Below, one piece after another: positions 30,591-39,648 of a stretch of 64,000 bases of DNA (the first letter of the stretch is position 1; each line of letters starts with the position of its first letter). Below the pieces are notes generated by a model, which saw only the letters and a program-made list of their open reading frames with translations, ran no database searches and was not told the origin of the DNA. Origin of the DNA: Bacteroidia bacterium (GTDB lineage: Bacteria > Bacteroidota > Bacteroidia > M30B66); contig OZ257142.1 in NCBI GenBank assembly GCA_965279035.1, positions 3,648,001 to 3,712,000 on the forward strand. The letters run 5' to 3'. The position numbers and the translations under genes were made by a program.

Positions 30591-33313
30591 CGCCCTCCCA
30601 TCATCATTAAAATGCGTGTTAGATTAGGATCTTTCTCTTCGGAACGAATCGTATCGAGAATGATGTCCACATCGGTTACTTTTTTCTTGTAAGCTGTACG
30701 TTCGAGTTCCTTTTGTTGCACAAGGGAAACGGCCGTTCTTTTCTCAATCATCGTTTGAATTTCGGAGGAAAGTGCGTCCACTTTGGCATCGTAGCGCATT
30801 TGGAATTCGGCTAGAACTTGTATTCCAGATAAACGCAACCACCAAGCACTCGCTTTACGAGCAATGTTTTCGAATGTTGGAACTGTAGCATCCATGGTTG
30901 CTTCATCTTGAGAAACAGCATATTTTCCCATCACTTGGATAAAGACATACTTATCGTTAGGATTGTTCACTTTTTCGTATGCCGATTTAAGAAATTCGAA
31001 TTTCCCTGGAGTGCCCGATGCAGCGTATATGGCAGCAATGGAAGAAAGTAAATCGCCTTTGGCTGTTGGTTCTAGTTTAGCCAAAGCTGTTTTTGTTTTT
31101 TCCGGATCGGCTGAATACATAGCACCGAGTGCAGCACCTTGAACTAAATTGGAACTATCGCCCAGCGCTTTTTCAAATACAGGAAAAACAGTGGCATCAC
31201 CTGCACTTAAACCAGCTACTTTTTCCAATGCAGCCGAGCGCACAGAAGATTCTTCATCCTTAGCTGCTAATTGCAAAAGAATGGATTTGTATTCTTCCGG
31301 ATTTTGAGCAATGACTTCATCCATTCGATCGAGCGCATACAAACGAATATTCCAATATGAATCACGAAGAGCCATTTTCAGCAATTCGGAAATTCCTGGT
31401 TCGGATGCATTGTCCAATAATATATCAAGTGCCTGAAAACGATCGCGGTAACGTTTACCTTGAAGAAATAAAGTTTGAGCTTCTGCTAGAATAAGGTGTT
31501 GATCGAGTTTACCCAATAACTGATGTTCGGCATCAAGTAAAACCAAATCGGGACGAGCTGCTGCTTTTAAACGAAAGGTGGTTTTCATACTATCCACCAC
31601 AATACGTGTACGGCGAATGTTTCCTTTTTCGTAAATGTCCACATCCAAAGGCAATTTGTACATCGGACTTGATTCTCGATTTTGCGTTTGTTCTACTTCT
31701 ATCACCGATTCCGAAGTTGCTTCATCCCAAGAAATTTTAGCATTGAGAATAGGATGTCCTTTATCGAGAAACCATTGATTAAAGAACCAATTCAAATCTT
31801 CACCTGTGACTTTTTCGAAAGCCAAACGCAGATGATGAATTTCGGCTGCTTGATAGCGATTATCGGTTAGATAGGTTTTCAATCCTTCGAAAAAAGCATC
31901 ATCGCCCAAGTATTTACGCAACATGTGAATAACGCAAGCTCCTTTTTGGTAAGAATGTCGATCAAACATATCCTCGCGGAAATCATAATCGAAGCGGATT
32001 AGATCCACTTTCTTTTGAAACGATTCTTCGATGTAGGTATTGAGGTCGCCCTGAAGATGATGATCGGCCTCGTCGCGCCCGTATTTATGCTCATTCCAGA
32101 GATATTCACCATAGGTGGCAAAAGATTCATTAAGCGGCAAGTTTGACCATGATTCGCAGGTAACTAAATCGCCAAACCAGTGATGAAAAAGTTCGTGGGC
32201 AATTACATCTTCATAATCATCGTCGATCATTTCGGTTGGTGTTTGTTGTACAAATTCACCGAAAAGCGTGGCGGATGTATTTTCCATCGCACCCGAAACA
32301 TAATCACGCACCACAACTTGCGAGTATTTAGGCCAAGGATAATCAACTCCCATGCGGGTTGAGAAGAATTCAAGCATTTCGGGCGTATTACCGAAAATGT
32401 TGCGCGCATAGGGTTCGAACTCCTTTTCTACGTAATAATCCACGGCAATTTTTCGCCAGGTATCTTTCACAATTGCGAATTCACCAATAGCCATCATCAC
32501 CAAATACGGGGCATTGGGCTGATCCATTTTCCAGGTATCGGTGCGGGTGCCGTCGCTGTTCTTTTTACTGATTGTCTTTAGTCCGTTACTGAGTGTGCTA
32601 TATTTTTCGGGAACCGTGATGAGGATTTCATGCGTCATCTTCTCATTGGGTTTGTCGATGGTAGGAAACCAGCATGAGGATGATTCGGTTTCACCTTGAG
32701 TCCAAATTTGAGTTGGCTTTGATGGATCTTCATCTTTCGGATCGATGAAATACAAGCCTTTTGCATCCGAAATGGCCGAACTGCCAGGTGTTTTTACGCG
32801 TTGTGGATTGGCAGTGTATTGAATAAAAATCGTGTATGGTTCGCTTCTAGTGAATGATTTACCTAAATAAATATGCAATTGCTCATCGTCGTTTTTGTAA
32901 GCTAAGTCGGTCATTACTTCGCCCTTTCCAACGAGTGCGATACGTTGAACATCAAACGCTTTTGCATCTAGAATCAATGAATCGGTTGGATAATAATACG
33001 GTTTGATATCGATACGAGCTTTCCCATAAAGCTGCTGACGGGCTAGGTCGAAACTGACCTCTAGCCGGGTATGCAGAATGTCGTTAACACGCTTGGCGGA
33101 AGGATTATAGCGTTTTGCATCATTCGAAAATTGCATGTCGCTAAAGTCGATTTCAGGAAGGTTGACAACTGAATCGACATTCGCAAAAACAGCTGAATCG
33201 AGGAAAGATTGGGAGTCTTTTCCGGATTTATCGCGGTGGTTTTTACAAGAAGGAACGAGAATTAGCGCGCTAAGAACAGCGGTTGCAAAAGAAAGACGGA
33301 GTTGGGTCGTCAT
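30587..33313 (-). CDS. M1 family aminopeptidase with C-terminal HEAT repeats (probable lipoprotein)
   Basis: GAMEN, HELFHHWFGD...NESFA zinc motif, YQKG; lipobox 'LVPSC'. Confidence 0.93.
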   Translation of the reverse strand: MTTQLRLSFATAVLSALILVPSCKNHRDKSGKDSQSFLDSAVFANVDSVVNLPEIDFSDMQFSNDAKRYNPSAKRVNDILHTRLEVSFDLARQQLYGKARIDIKPYYYPTDSLILDAKAFDVQRIALVGKGEVMTDLAYKNDDEQLHIYLGKSFTRSEPYTIFIQYTANPQRVKTPGSSAISDAKGLYFIDPKDEDPSKPTQIWTQGETESSSCWFPTIDKPNEKMTHEILITVPEKYSTLSNGLKTISKKNSDGTRTDTWKMDQPNAPYLVMMAIGEFAIVKDTWRKIAVDYYVEKEFEPYARNIFGNTPEMLEFFSTRMGVDYPWPKYSQVVVRDYVSGAMENTSATLFGEFVQQTPTEMIDDDYEDVIAHELFHHWFGDLVTCESWSNLPLNESFATYGEYLWNEHKYGRDEADHHLQGDLNTYIEESFQKKVDLIRFDYDFREDMFDRHSYQKGACVIHMLRKYLGDDAFFEGLKTYLTDNRYQAAEIHHLRLAFEKVTGEDLNWFFNQWFLDKGHPILNAKISWDEATSESVIEVEQTQNRESSPMYKLPLDVDIYEKGNIRRTRIVVDSMKTTFRLKAAARPDLVLLDAEHQLLGKLDQHLILAEAQTLFLQGKRYRDRFQALDILLDNASEPGISELLKMALRDSYWNIRLYALDRMDEVIAQNPEEYKSILLQLAAKDEESSVRSAALEKVAGLSAGDATVFPVFEKALGDSSNLVQGAALGAMYSADPEKTKTALAKLEPTAKGDLLSSIAAIYAASGTPGKFEFLKSAYEKVNNPNDKYVFIQVMGKYAVSQDEATMDATVPTFENIARKASAWWLRLSGIQVLAEFQMRYDAKVDALSSEIQTMIEKRTAVSLVQQKELERTAYKKKVTDVDIILDTIRSEEKDPNLTRILMMMGGR

Positions 33314-33454
33314 TGAGGTATTTAAAAATGGAGGGTAAATATAACGGGATTCCGTTGGATTCAGTATTTAGCACAGGAACTAGCTCAAATACTAATTAAA
33401 GGGATAAAATATGTGAAGTATAAAATGGGAAAATCATAGTAAGATTTTGCATTC

Positions 33455-33953
33455 GTTGACCTCACCCCTAGCCCCTCTCCTCGGGAGAGGGGAAGAGAAT
33501 TTAGTAAAATTTATCATTCTGCATTGAATTGAATCCATTTCTAGTTTGCATATATTCAGACAATCAATTAAAAAACTAGGATAACAACGCATTCAATTGT
33601 TCCCATGTGCCGGCTTGCTGGGTTGACCTCACCCCCTAACCCCTCTCCTCGGGAGAGGGGGAGAGATTATAGTAATATTTATCATTCTGCTTTGAATTGT
33701 ATCCTTTTCTAGTTTGTATTTATACAGACTATTAAACTAAAACTAGGATAACAAAGCATTCAATTGCTCCCAAGTTCCTGCTTGCTGGGTTGACCTCACC
33801 CCTAGCCCCTCTCCTCGGGAGAGGGGGAGAGATTATAGTAATATTTATCATTCTGCTTTGAATTGTATCCTTTTCTAGTTTGTATTTATACAGACTATTA
33901 AACTAAAACTAGGATAACAAAGCATTCAATTGCTCCCAAGTTCCGGCTTGCTG
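33455..33953. repeat. Three ~167-bp tandem units: REP/BoxC-like palindrome + spacer + last 45 nt of the ligase-like gene
   Basis: Units start at GTTGACCTCACCCC (33455, 33622, 33789); each has the stem CCCCTCTCC-TCG-GGAGAGGGG and ends with the reverse complement of the codons for QQAGTWEQLNALLS*. Confidence 0.93.
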
Positions 33954-35489
33954 AATGGATATAGGTTCGAGTGGCATTTTCATTCGTACGTTGTTTAGCA
34001 CCATGCCCGATTTATGGCGGCGACTGGATTGAATTTCATCGAATTGAAGTTGAAATACGAGTTCGGCATCTACGCTTTTAACCGGACCAAAACGTTCGCG
34101 AGTATGAAGCTTTACCCAAGCATCGAGCTGTTGAATTTGTTCGGGTGAAAGTCCTTCGCTGGAGCGGGTGATGGAAACGATTTCGGGTTGTCCAGATGCA
34201 TTTTCACGCCAAACACCAAAGCCACATTCTGTAATGATTTTTTTATTCTTGTCGGGAATTTTGCTCACATAGAGAAGCACTGCATTGATTTCGAATGGTG
34301 CAGCTTTCAATTTAAGAAGTGGGTGAGCATCCCATGGAGTATGAAGTTTTTGCAAGGAAATTCCGTCTGCTAACTTTTCACGGATTTGAGATTGAAATTC
34401 ACGGATTTCATCCCAGGATTTGAATTCAATTGCTGGAGCAAATTGAAATTCGTAATCATTCGCTTTCTTCAAGCACACTTGCAAGCGTTTCCTTCGTTCG
34501 AGTAAGGATAAATTACGGATGTCTTTTTTGCCCTCAAACAACATATCCTGAATAACCAATTTAACAGGCGATCGCTCCATCAAATCGTGACGCATTTTCT
34601 TGCTTTGAATGCGTTTAATGAGGTTGGAAAAAAATCCTGGAAATTGATCATCGGCAGGTTGAACGATTAAGTCGGCAATCAGTAACGTGCCTTCTTCAAA
34701 ATAGCTGGCAGCGTTGCGTACTTCGGGAAAAACATCGGGTAAAAGCTCTTCGTTGCGCGTCCAAAGTTGTATGCCTTTCTTCAGCACGCGGGCTTGAACA
34801 TGAATTCCCTGAAAGGTAAAAAGTGCTAGCCAATCGCTCGGGTTTCCTAATCGTTCAGGATCAGAGATGATTTCTGAAACCGGACGAAAAGGAACATAGG
34901 AAGGAACAAAATTACTGTCGTTGGATTTTTCAACGATGTTTGTCCATTCGTGGATTTCCCATTTTTGAGAGAAGGCTTGAATGAGTTCCGAAATGGGTTT
35001 GGTGGTGATGGGTTCGATTGCTTTTGCCGCTTCGACTGGACGAATTTTATATCGAAAAGTACCTGTAAGGAGCTTATTGAATACGAGTCGTTGCTCAGCA
35101 TCCATGCGCTTCCAGAGTTCTGCAATGATTATTTTTTGATTTTCTGGAGTTTCGGTTTTAAGATTTTGAACTACCTGCATTACCTGTGGCAGTGAAATAG
35201 GATCGGGAATGGTTGAATCGGAAATGACCATGGCCAATGCAGCAGCAGGATCACCAATCATTTCGATACTTTCTTCTAAAAGCCATTCGGGGATTCCACT
35301 TTCTTCGAGCACCCATTTACGCAATGTTGCAGAATTGATGCAGCGTTCGGTACGATTCTCAAGCAGCAGATGAAAGGCATGAGCTAAACTTTCTTCATCA
35401 ACCGACTTTACATAATCGGATAGAATCCGCTCCTTTTGATTAGCAGCAGCTTGATTAAGGTGGAGACACAGGCGGGAGAAGGAATGCAT
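33909..35489 (-). CDS. ATP-dependent DNA ligase homolog with degenerate catalytic motifs
   Basis: N-terminal DNA-binding region (LRKW..E.SGIPEWL.EES...GD; LVFNKLLTGTFR) and OB-fold tail (ERFGPVKSV..ELVF...F..IQ.S.RHKSG) match Bacteroidota ATP-dependent ligases, but motif I reads LFTFQGIHVQ. Confidence 0.82.
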   Translation of the reverse strand: MHSFSRLCLHLNQAAANQKERILSDYVKSVDEESLAHAFHLLLENRTERCINSATLRKWVLEESGIPEWLLEESIEMIGDPAAALAMVISDSTIPDPISLPQVMQVVQNLKTETPENQKIIIAELWKRMDAEQRLVFNKLLTGTFRYKIRPVEAAKAIEPITTKPISELIQAFSQKWEIHEWTNIVEKSNDSNFVPSYVPFRPVSEIISDPERLGNPSDWLALFTFQGIHVQARVLKKGIQLWTRNEELLPDVFPEVRNAASYFEEGTLLIADLIVQPADDQFPGFFSNLIKRIQSKKMRHDLMERSPVKLVIQDMLFEGKKDIRNLSLLERRKRLQVCLKKANDYEFQFAPAIEFKSWDEIREFQSQIREKLADGISLQKLHTPWDAHPLLKLKAAPFEINAVLLYVSKIPDKNKKIITECGFGVWRENASGQPEIVSITRSSEGLSPEQIQQLDAWVKLHTRERFGPVKSVDAELVFQLQFDEIQSSRRHKSGMVLNNVRMKMPLEPISIQQAGTWEQLNALLS

Positions 35490-35586
35490 GGATTTAAATT
35501 ATGTTTTCTAAAATTGATTTTAATCTACCCAATATGCAATTGACTTTTGATATGATATTTCAAAGTCATTTTATTTATGGTGTATT

Positions 35587-35813
35587 AGCATCGTTTCTTT
35601 TTATCATTCATGTTTGTCTACGACGCCATACTTTCTTGTCTTGAAACACGCTTCGACAAGCTCAGCGTGCTTTTAAAGAAGGTCAAGTCTGGACGATGCT
35701 GCTTAAGCGCAAGGCCCTTTTTCGACCATTTTGCTAGGACAAGCTCTTTTCTCGTCAATGTCGAAACACACCCTCGCCGCCCAGACATAGCCACCGCACT
35801 GATACGTGAATAA
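35587..35813. repeat. Structured non-coding element, copy 1 (putative ncRNA or MITE)
   Basis: Long near-identical blocks shared with 35969-36179 and several internal complementary segments; strand unknown. Confidence 0.75.
35647..35669. repeat. CTTCGACAAGCTCAG-type REP-like hairpin nested in element copy 1
   Basis: CACGCT-TCGACAAGCTC-AGCGTG is present in copy 1 only. Confidence 0.65.
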
Positions 35814-35968
35814 ACATACTGCTAATACTATCCTTTTCAAAACCCTTCAATATCCCTCTTGCCATAAAGATATTGCCTTCGCTAATTCCATAAGAGATCT
35901 TTCTATTCTAGCCGTTGTTCAATTGACAAATCAATATAATTTTCAAGTCAAATGATTAATGCTGTGGT

Positions 35969-36179
35969 AGCATCGTTTCAATTTATCATTCATGTTTGTC
36001 TACGACGTATTAATTCTTGTCTTGAAACAAGAAAGTAATCAAAGAAGTTCAAGTCTGGACGATGCTGCTTACGCGCAAAGCCATTTTTCGACCATTCTGC
36101 TCGGACAAACTTTTTTCTCATCAATGTCGAAACGCACCCTCGCCGCCCAGACATAGCCACCGCACTGATACGTGAATAA
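35969..36179. repeat. Structured non-coding element, copy 2 (putative ncRNA or MITE)
   Basis: Direct repeat of 35587-35813; contains the hairpin TTCTTGT-CTTGAA-ACAAGAA whose loop is complementary to the downstream TTCAAG. Confidence 0.75.
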
Positions 36180-36248
36180 TATATTGCTACAATTGCTAAA
36201 TTCATCTCGCACTCAAGATTTTGCCTTCGCAAAATTGGAGCTCTCTAT

Positions 36249-37541
36249 TCACCTCATTAATACGATTCGTTCGCGTTTAACATATCCCGTTGGAAGTATC
36301 AGTTCCACAAGAAGAACACCTGAAGGAATATTTGCTAAGAATGTAGGTTGTTGTGAATTTATTAGCTTCGTTAAAAGCAATTTACCGGTGATGGAAAAGA
36401 CATGGAGTTGCGCCAGTTCGTATGGAAATTCGCATACCAGTGTTCCTGTGTTGGGATTAGGAAACAAGCGAATTCCTACTTTTTCTTTTTCAATTCCCGT
36501 TAAATCAATCACCACGGTATCGCTCATCTCGATGCGACAATTCCGGGTGTGCAGCGAATAGGACGCTCCATCGCTTACGTGGAGATATAGACTATCGCCG
36601 GTTCCGAGTAAAAGGTCATCGTCGGTTTTGAACCAGCTTTTTTCTTCTTGCGAGGTGGTGTCTACTAACCACACAAATCCATTTCCACCATCAACAACTT
36701 CAATGTTCGGCTTTCGAATCGGGATGACATACATGTCGTCGAAATAAATTATAAATCCGCTTCTATAGTATGAGGTAGGAACTTCCGACATGGGCAAAGC
36801 ATAAATCGAATCTTGGTTCATATTCGAGTAAAGTATAAAACCAGAAGCGGTATCCGACAATAAATTCCCCATCACAATATGAGATTCGTTTCCTTGTGCG
36901 AGGTAAGGAGTACGCATATGTGCCCATCCCAATGTATCGTATACAACAGATGAATCTTCTTGAGTGAGTGTTGCGATATGATTAATACCCGAAAGCAACC
37001 AAGTTTTATTCATCACTGGCAATGAATTATGGAAACCTATTGAAATCCGATCTGTTCTTACAGTCCAAAACTTTGTAAGTTCAGGAGGTATATAATTAAG
37101 ATTACGATTATTCATATATCCTCCTACACAATACAAAACCTGTGGTTGCATAGGTTCTATGAGTTCTGCTGCGAAATATTCTCTTGAATGATTCATTTCT
37201 CCAAGAAATAAATCTGGTCGATTAAATAACATTCCATATAAAGCACCCACAAACCCATCACCACTATGCGGATATTGAAAAGTTAACCATGTGTATGGAA
37301 AATTAAAACGATTAGGTGGTCCTAATGAATTACACGCATTGTAAACATCGGGTGTTCCGTAATCTATTCCATCGTAAAATCCCAAATTGGTCCACGCAGA
37401 TAAATTCCAAAGCCAATTGGGTTCGGTATTACACGTGTCTACCAAATCAAAACTCGGATTGGGAATGAGGTTTTGGGCGTTTACTACTGGAGTAAAAGGC
37501 AAGAATACTAGCAGAAATAAAGAATAGCGAATGCTGGACAT
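36249..37541 (-). CDS. T9SS type A cargo protein of unknown function
   Basis: Signal peptide, then 'QNLIPNPSF', 'TPD' and 'SREY' motifs; C-terminal 'IRLFPNPN...ITGK...SGV' CTD; start moved to the ATG at 37541. Confidence 0.8.
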   Translation of the reverse strand: MSSIRYSLFLLVFLPFTPVVNAQNLIPNPSFDLVDTCNTEPNWLWNLSAWTNLGFYDGIDYGTPDVYNACNSLGPPNRFNFPYTWLTFQYPHSGDGFVGALYGMLFNRPDLFLGEMNHSREYFAAELIEPMQPQVLYCVGGYMNNRNLNYIPPELTKFWTVRTDRISIGFHNSLPVMNKTWLLSGINHIATLTQEDSSVVYDTLGWAHMRTPYLAQGNESHIVMGNLLSDTASGFILYSNMNQDSIYALPMSEVPTSYYRSGFIIYFDDMYVIPIRKPNIEVVDGGNGFVWLVDTTSQEEKSWFKTDDDLLLGTGDSLYLHVSDGASYSLHTRNCRIEMSDTVVIDLTGIEKEKVGIRLFPNPNTGTLVCEFPYELAQLHVFSITGKLLLTKLINSQQPTFLANIPSGVLLVELILPTGYVKRERIVLMR

Positions 37542-37673
37542 AAAGAATCGAATACGTAAATATACCAAAGCTGTCGCGATAGAAGAGAACAGATAATTTA
37601 AGGTGTCGGTTGGTTTCGAGGGTAGATGATAAATGAAGGTGGAAAGTGAAATTACGGTAAAATTGGGGCATTC

Positions 37674-37714
37674 GTTGACCTCACCCCCGGCCCCTCTCCT
37701 CGGGGAGAGGGGAG
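37674..37714. repeat. REP/BoxC-like palindrome
   Basis: GTTGACCTCACCCCCGG CCCCTCTCC-TCGG-GGAGAGGGG, same family as the 33455 copies. Confidence 0.88.
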
Positions 37715-37802
37715 GATTAGGCTGCTATATTTTGCAAGGTTAGAGGGTTTAATTTTAGCAATTGAGATACTTTAAACGATAAAAAATTAATTCCCAAAAT
37801 TT

Positions 37803-37992
37803 TGATAACCGAAATCAAAAAATGAAAAACAGTTATCAAGATTCTGATAACCGAAATCGTGATAACCGAAATCAAAAAATGAAAAACAGTTATCAAGATT
37901 CTGATAATCGAAATCGTGATAACCGAAATCAAAAAATGAAAAACAGTTATCAAACTTTTGAGAATCGAAATCTAAAATGAAAAACGGTTATC
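37803..37992. repeat. 57-bp tandem repeat with a 36-bp inverted-end core
   Basis: TGATAACCGAAATCAAAAAATGAAAAACAGTTATCA at 37803, 37860 and 37917; degenerate copy at 37959; 21-bp near-identical linkers. Confidence 0.9.
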
Positions 37993-38000
37993 TAATATTC

Positions 38001-38040
38001 GTTGACCTCACCCCCGGCACCTCTCCGCGGGAGAGGGGAG
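38001..38040. repeat. REP/BoxC-like palindrome
   Basis: GTTGACCTCACCCCCGG CACCTCTCC-GCG-GGAGAGGGG. Confidence 0.85.
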
Positions 38041-38134
38041 ATTTAGGCTGGTACATTTTGCGCGACTAACTTGTTTCATTTTAGTAATATTTCAATTTCA
38101 TTCAGGAAAATCAAATTACTAGGAAACGTTCAAG

Positions 38135-38167
38135 CATAAAAAAGAGGACCGAAGCCCTCTTTTCAAT
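38135..38167 (-). terminator. Intrinsic terminator (duplicate of the sdhB terminator)
   Basis: Minus strand reads GAGGGC-TTCG-GTCCTC-TTTTTT; nearly identical to 40887-40920. Confidence 0.85.
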
Positions 38168-38184
38168 TTTATGTTATTCTGTTT

Positions 38185-39564
38185 TTATTCAACGAATATT
38201 TTTTCAATGAAAATCTCATTCCTAGTTTTTATTTGAATAAAATAAGTTCCAGAAGAAACACTGGATAAATCAATTTGCAAATTTGAATTCTTGTTGCCTA
38301 AAATGCTTTTATGGAGAACCTTTTCGCCAAGAATATTAAATAATTTAATTTCTGAATTTTGTACGTCTCCACTAAATTCCAAATTTAGAATGTTAGAAGT
38401 TGGATTGGGATACATTCGATTCATTCTAACATTCGCGGATGCGACATGAGTAACATTGTCTCCAAATTTAGCTACATAGCTGTAACCTGATGTGTTTGTG
38501 AATTCTCCTCCTGCATAAATATTTCCTGCAAGATCGCTTGTAATAGAATTGATATACATATTTGCGTTAAGTGTGTCAGCAGGCAGAGCTAATTCAGACC
38601 ATAGCGTTCCATTCCATTTAGCTACAAACTCTTTCCCATTTGAGTTGGTAAAATGTCCGCCGACATATACATTTCCTGCGTTATCAGAAGTAATGGAACT
38701 AATTACATCATTAAAAACAAATTGTCCTGGAATACCTACTGGTTCCCAGTTAACTCCATTCCATTTAGCTAAATAATTATATCCACCTGAATTTAAATAT
38801 CCTGCAGCATAAACATTCCCTGTATTGTCTACTTGAATACACGTAATAAAATCACCAGGAAGAAATGCATTTGCAACTGTTCCAAGGTGAGACCAGCTAG
38901 AACCATCCCATTTAGCAACATATCTAGCACCGCTACCGGTAGTATCTACCAAGGCAAAAACATTATTAAAATTATCCGTTACTAAATCTAAAATTCCTGC
39001 GACTCCTGCAGAGTTATTCGCGTTTAAATATGTTGAACTTGATCCGAGATCAGACCAATTTGTGCCATTCCATTTTGCAACATATTTTTTACCATTTGAT
39101 GAAGAAGTAAAACTCCCACCAGCATAAATATTTCCAGCTGCATCAGAAGTTAATGCGATAATTGTACTATTCGCAAATCCCGAATTACCTGTTCCTAATT
39201 CAGTCCAATTAGTACCATCCCATTTAGCTACAGAATTTGTTGTTGATCCAACAACTGTAGTATAAACATTCCCTGCTGCATCTATAGCAATTCTAAAATC
39301 AGCACTAATAATTCCACTGTTTAAATTATTCGTCCACAATGAAGTCCATGAGGTTCCATCCCACTTTGCAACAATATGATGTGAACTTGCATCAGTAAAA
39401 TAACCACAAGCATATATATTTCCAACAGCATCGGCCTTTACGCAATATATTGGTCCATTTGCATTTAATGGATTAGCTGATGCTCCTCCTACTTCTGCCC
39501 ATTGTGCTTTACAAATGGATGTAGTAAATAATAAAAGTGTAAAGAGGTTCATAATTTTTTTCAT
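38185..39564 (-). CDS. T9SS type A cargo protein with beta-propeller-like repeats
   Basis: About six 'D..GN.YAGG.FT......VAKW(D/N)G..W..LG' repeats; C-terminal 'MYPNPT...NILG...SGTYFI' CTD; start moved to the ATG at 39564. Confidence 0.85.
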   Translation of the reverse strand: MKKIMNLFTLLLFTTSICKAQWAEVGGASANPLNANGPIYCVKADAVGNIYACGYFTDASSHHIVAKWDGTSWTSLWTNNLNSGIISADFRIAIDAAGNVYTTVVGSTTNSVAKWDGTNWTELGTGNSGFANSTIIALTSDAAGNIYAGGSFTSSSNGKKYVAKWNGTNWSDLGSSSTYLNANNSAGVAGILDLVTDNFNNVFALVDTTGSGARYVAKWDGSSWSHLGTVANAFLPGDFITCIQVDNTGNVYAAGYLNSGGYNYLAKWNGVNWEPVGIPGQFVFNDVISSITSDNAGNVYVGGHFTNSNGKEFVAKWNGTLWSELALPADTLNANMYINSITSDLAGNIYAGGEFTNTSGYSYVAKFGDNVTHVASANVRMNRMYPNPTSNILNLEFSGDVQNSEIKLFNILGEKVLHKSILGNKNSNLQIDLSSVSSGTYFIQIKTRNEIFIEKIFVE

Positions 39565-39648
39565 GGTTACCAATTTTGGAGCAGGTTAAAAATTTTATCA
39601 AAAAAAATTTGCTGGAAGTTCGTTTATTTTTTAAAGAGAATTAATTTA

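Noticed and set aside
33576-33953. Diversity-generating retroelement TR/VR pair at the ligase-like gene's 3' end
   Set aside because: Differences are not adenine-specific, all are synonymous, and no reverse transcriptase is present.
35610-36232. ORFs 35610-35813 (+) and 35990-36232 (-)
   Set aside because: They lie on opposite strands of two copies of the same element, the frame is not conserved between copies, and they have no protein motif.
37717-37953. 78-aa ORF with repeated ITVFHFLISVI
   Set aside because: Translation artefact of the 57-bp tandem repeat.
37803-37992. CRISPR array (36-bp repeats with inverted ends)
   Set aside because: The intervening 21-bp segments are near-identical and derived from the repeat itself, and there are no cas genes in the window.
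33455-38040. IS200/IS605 (IscB/TnpB) element suggested by the GTTGAC ends of the REPs
   Set aside because: No TnpA, TnpB or IscB ORF and no recognisable omega/HEARO RNA in the window; a 6-bp match is not enough.
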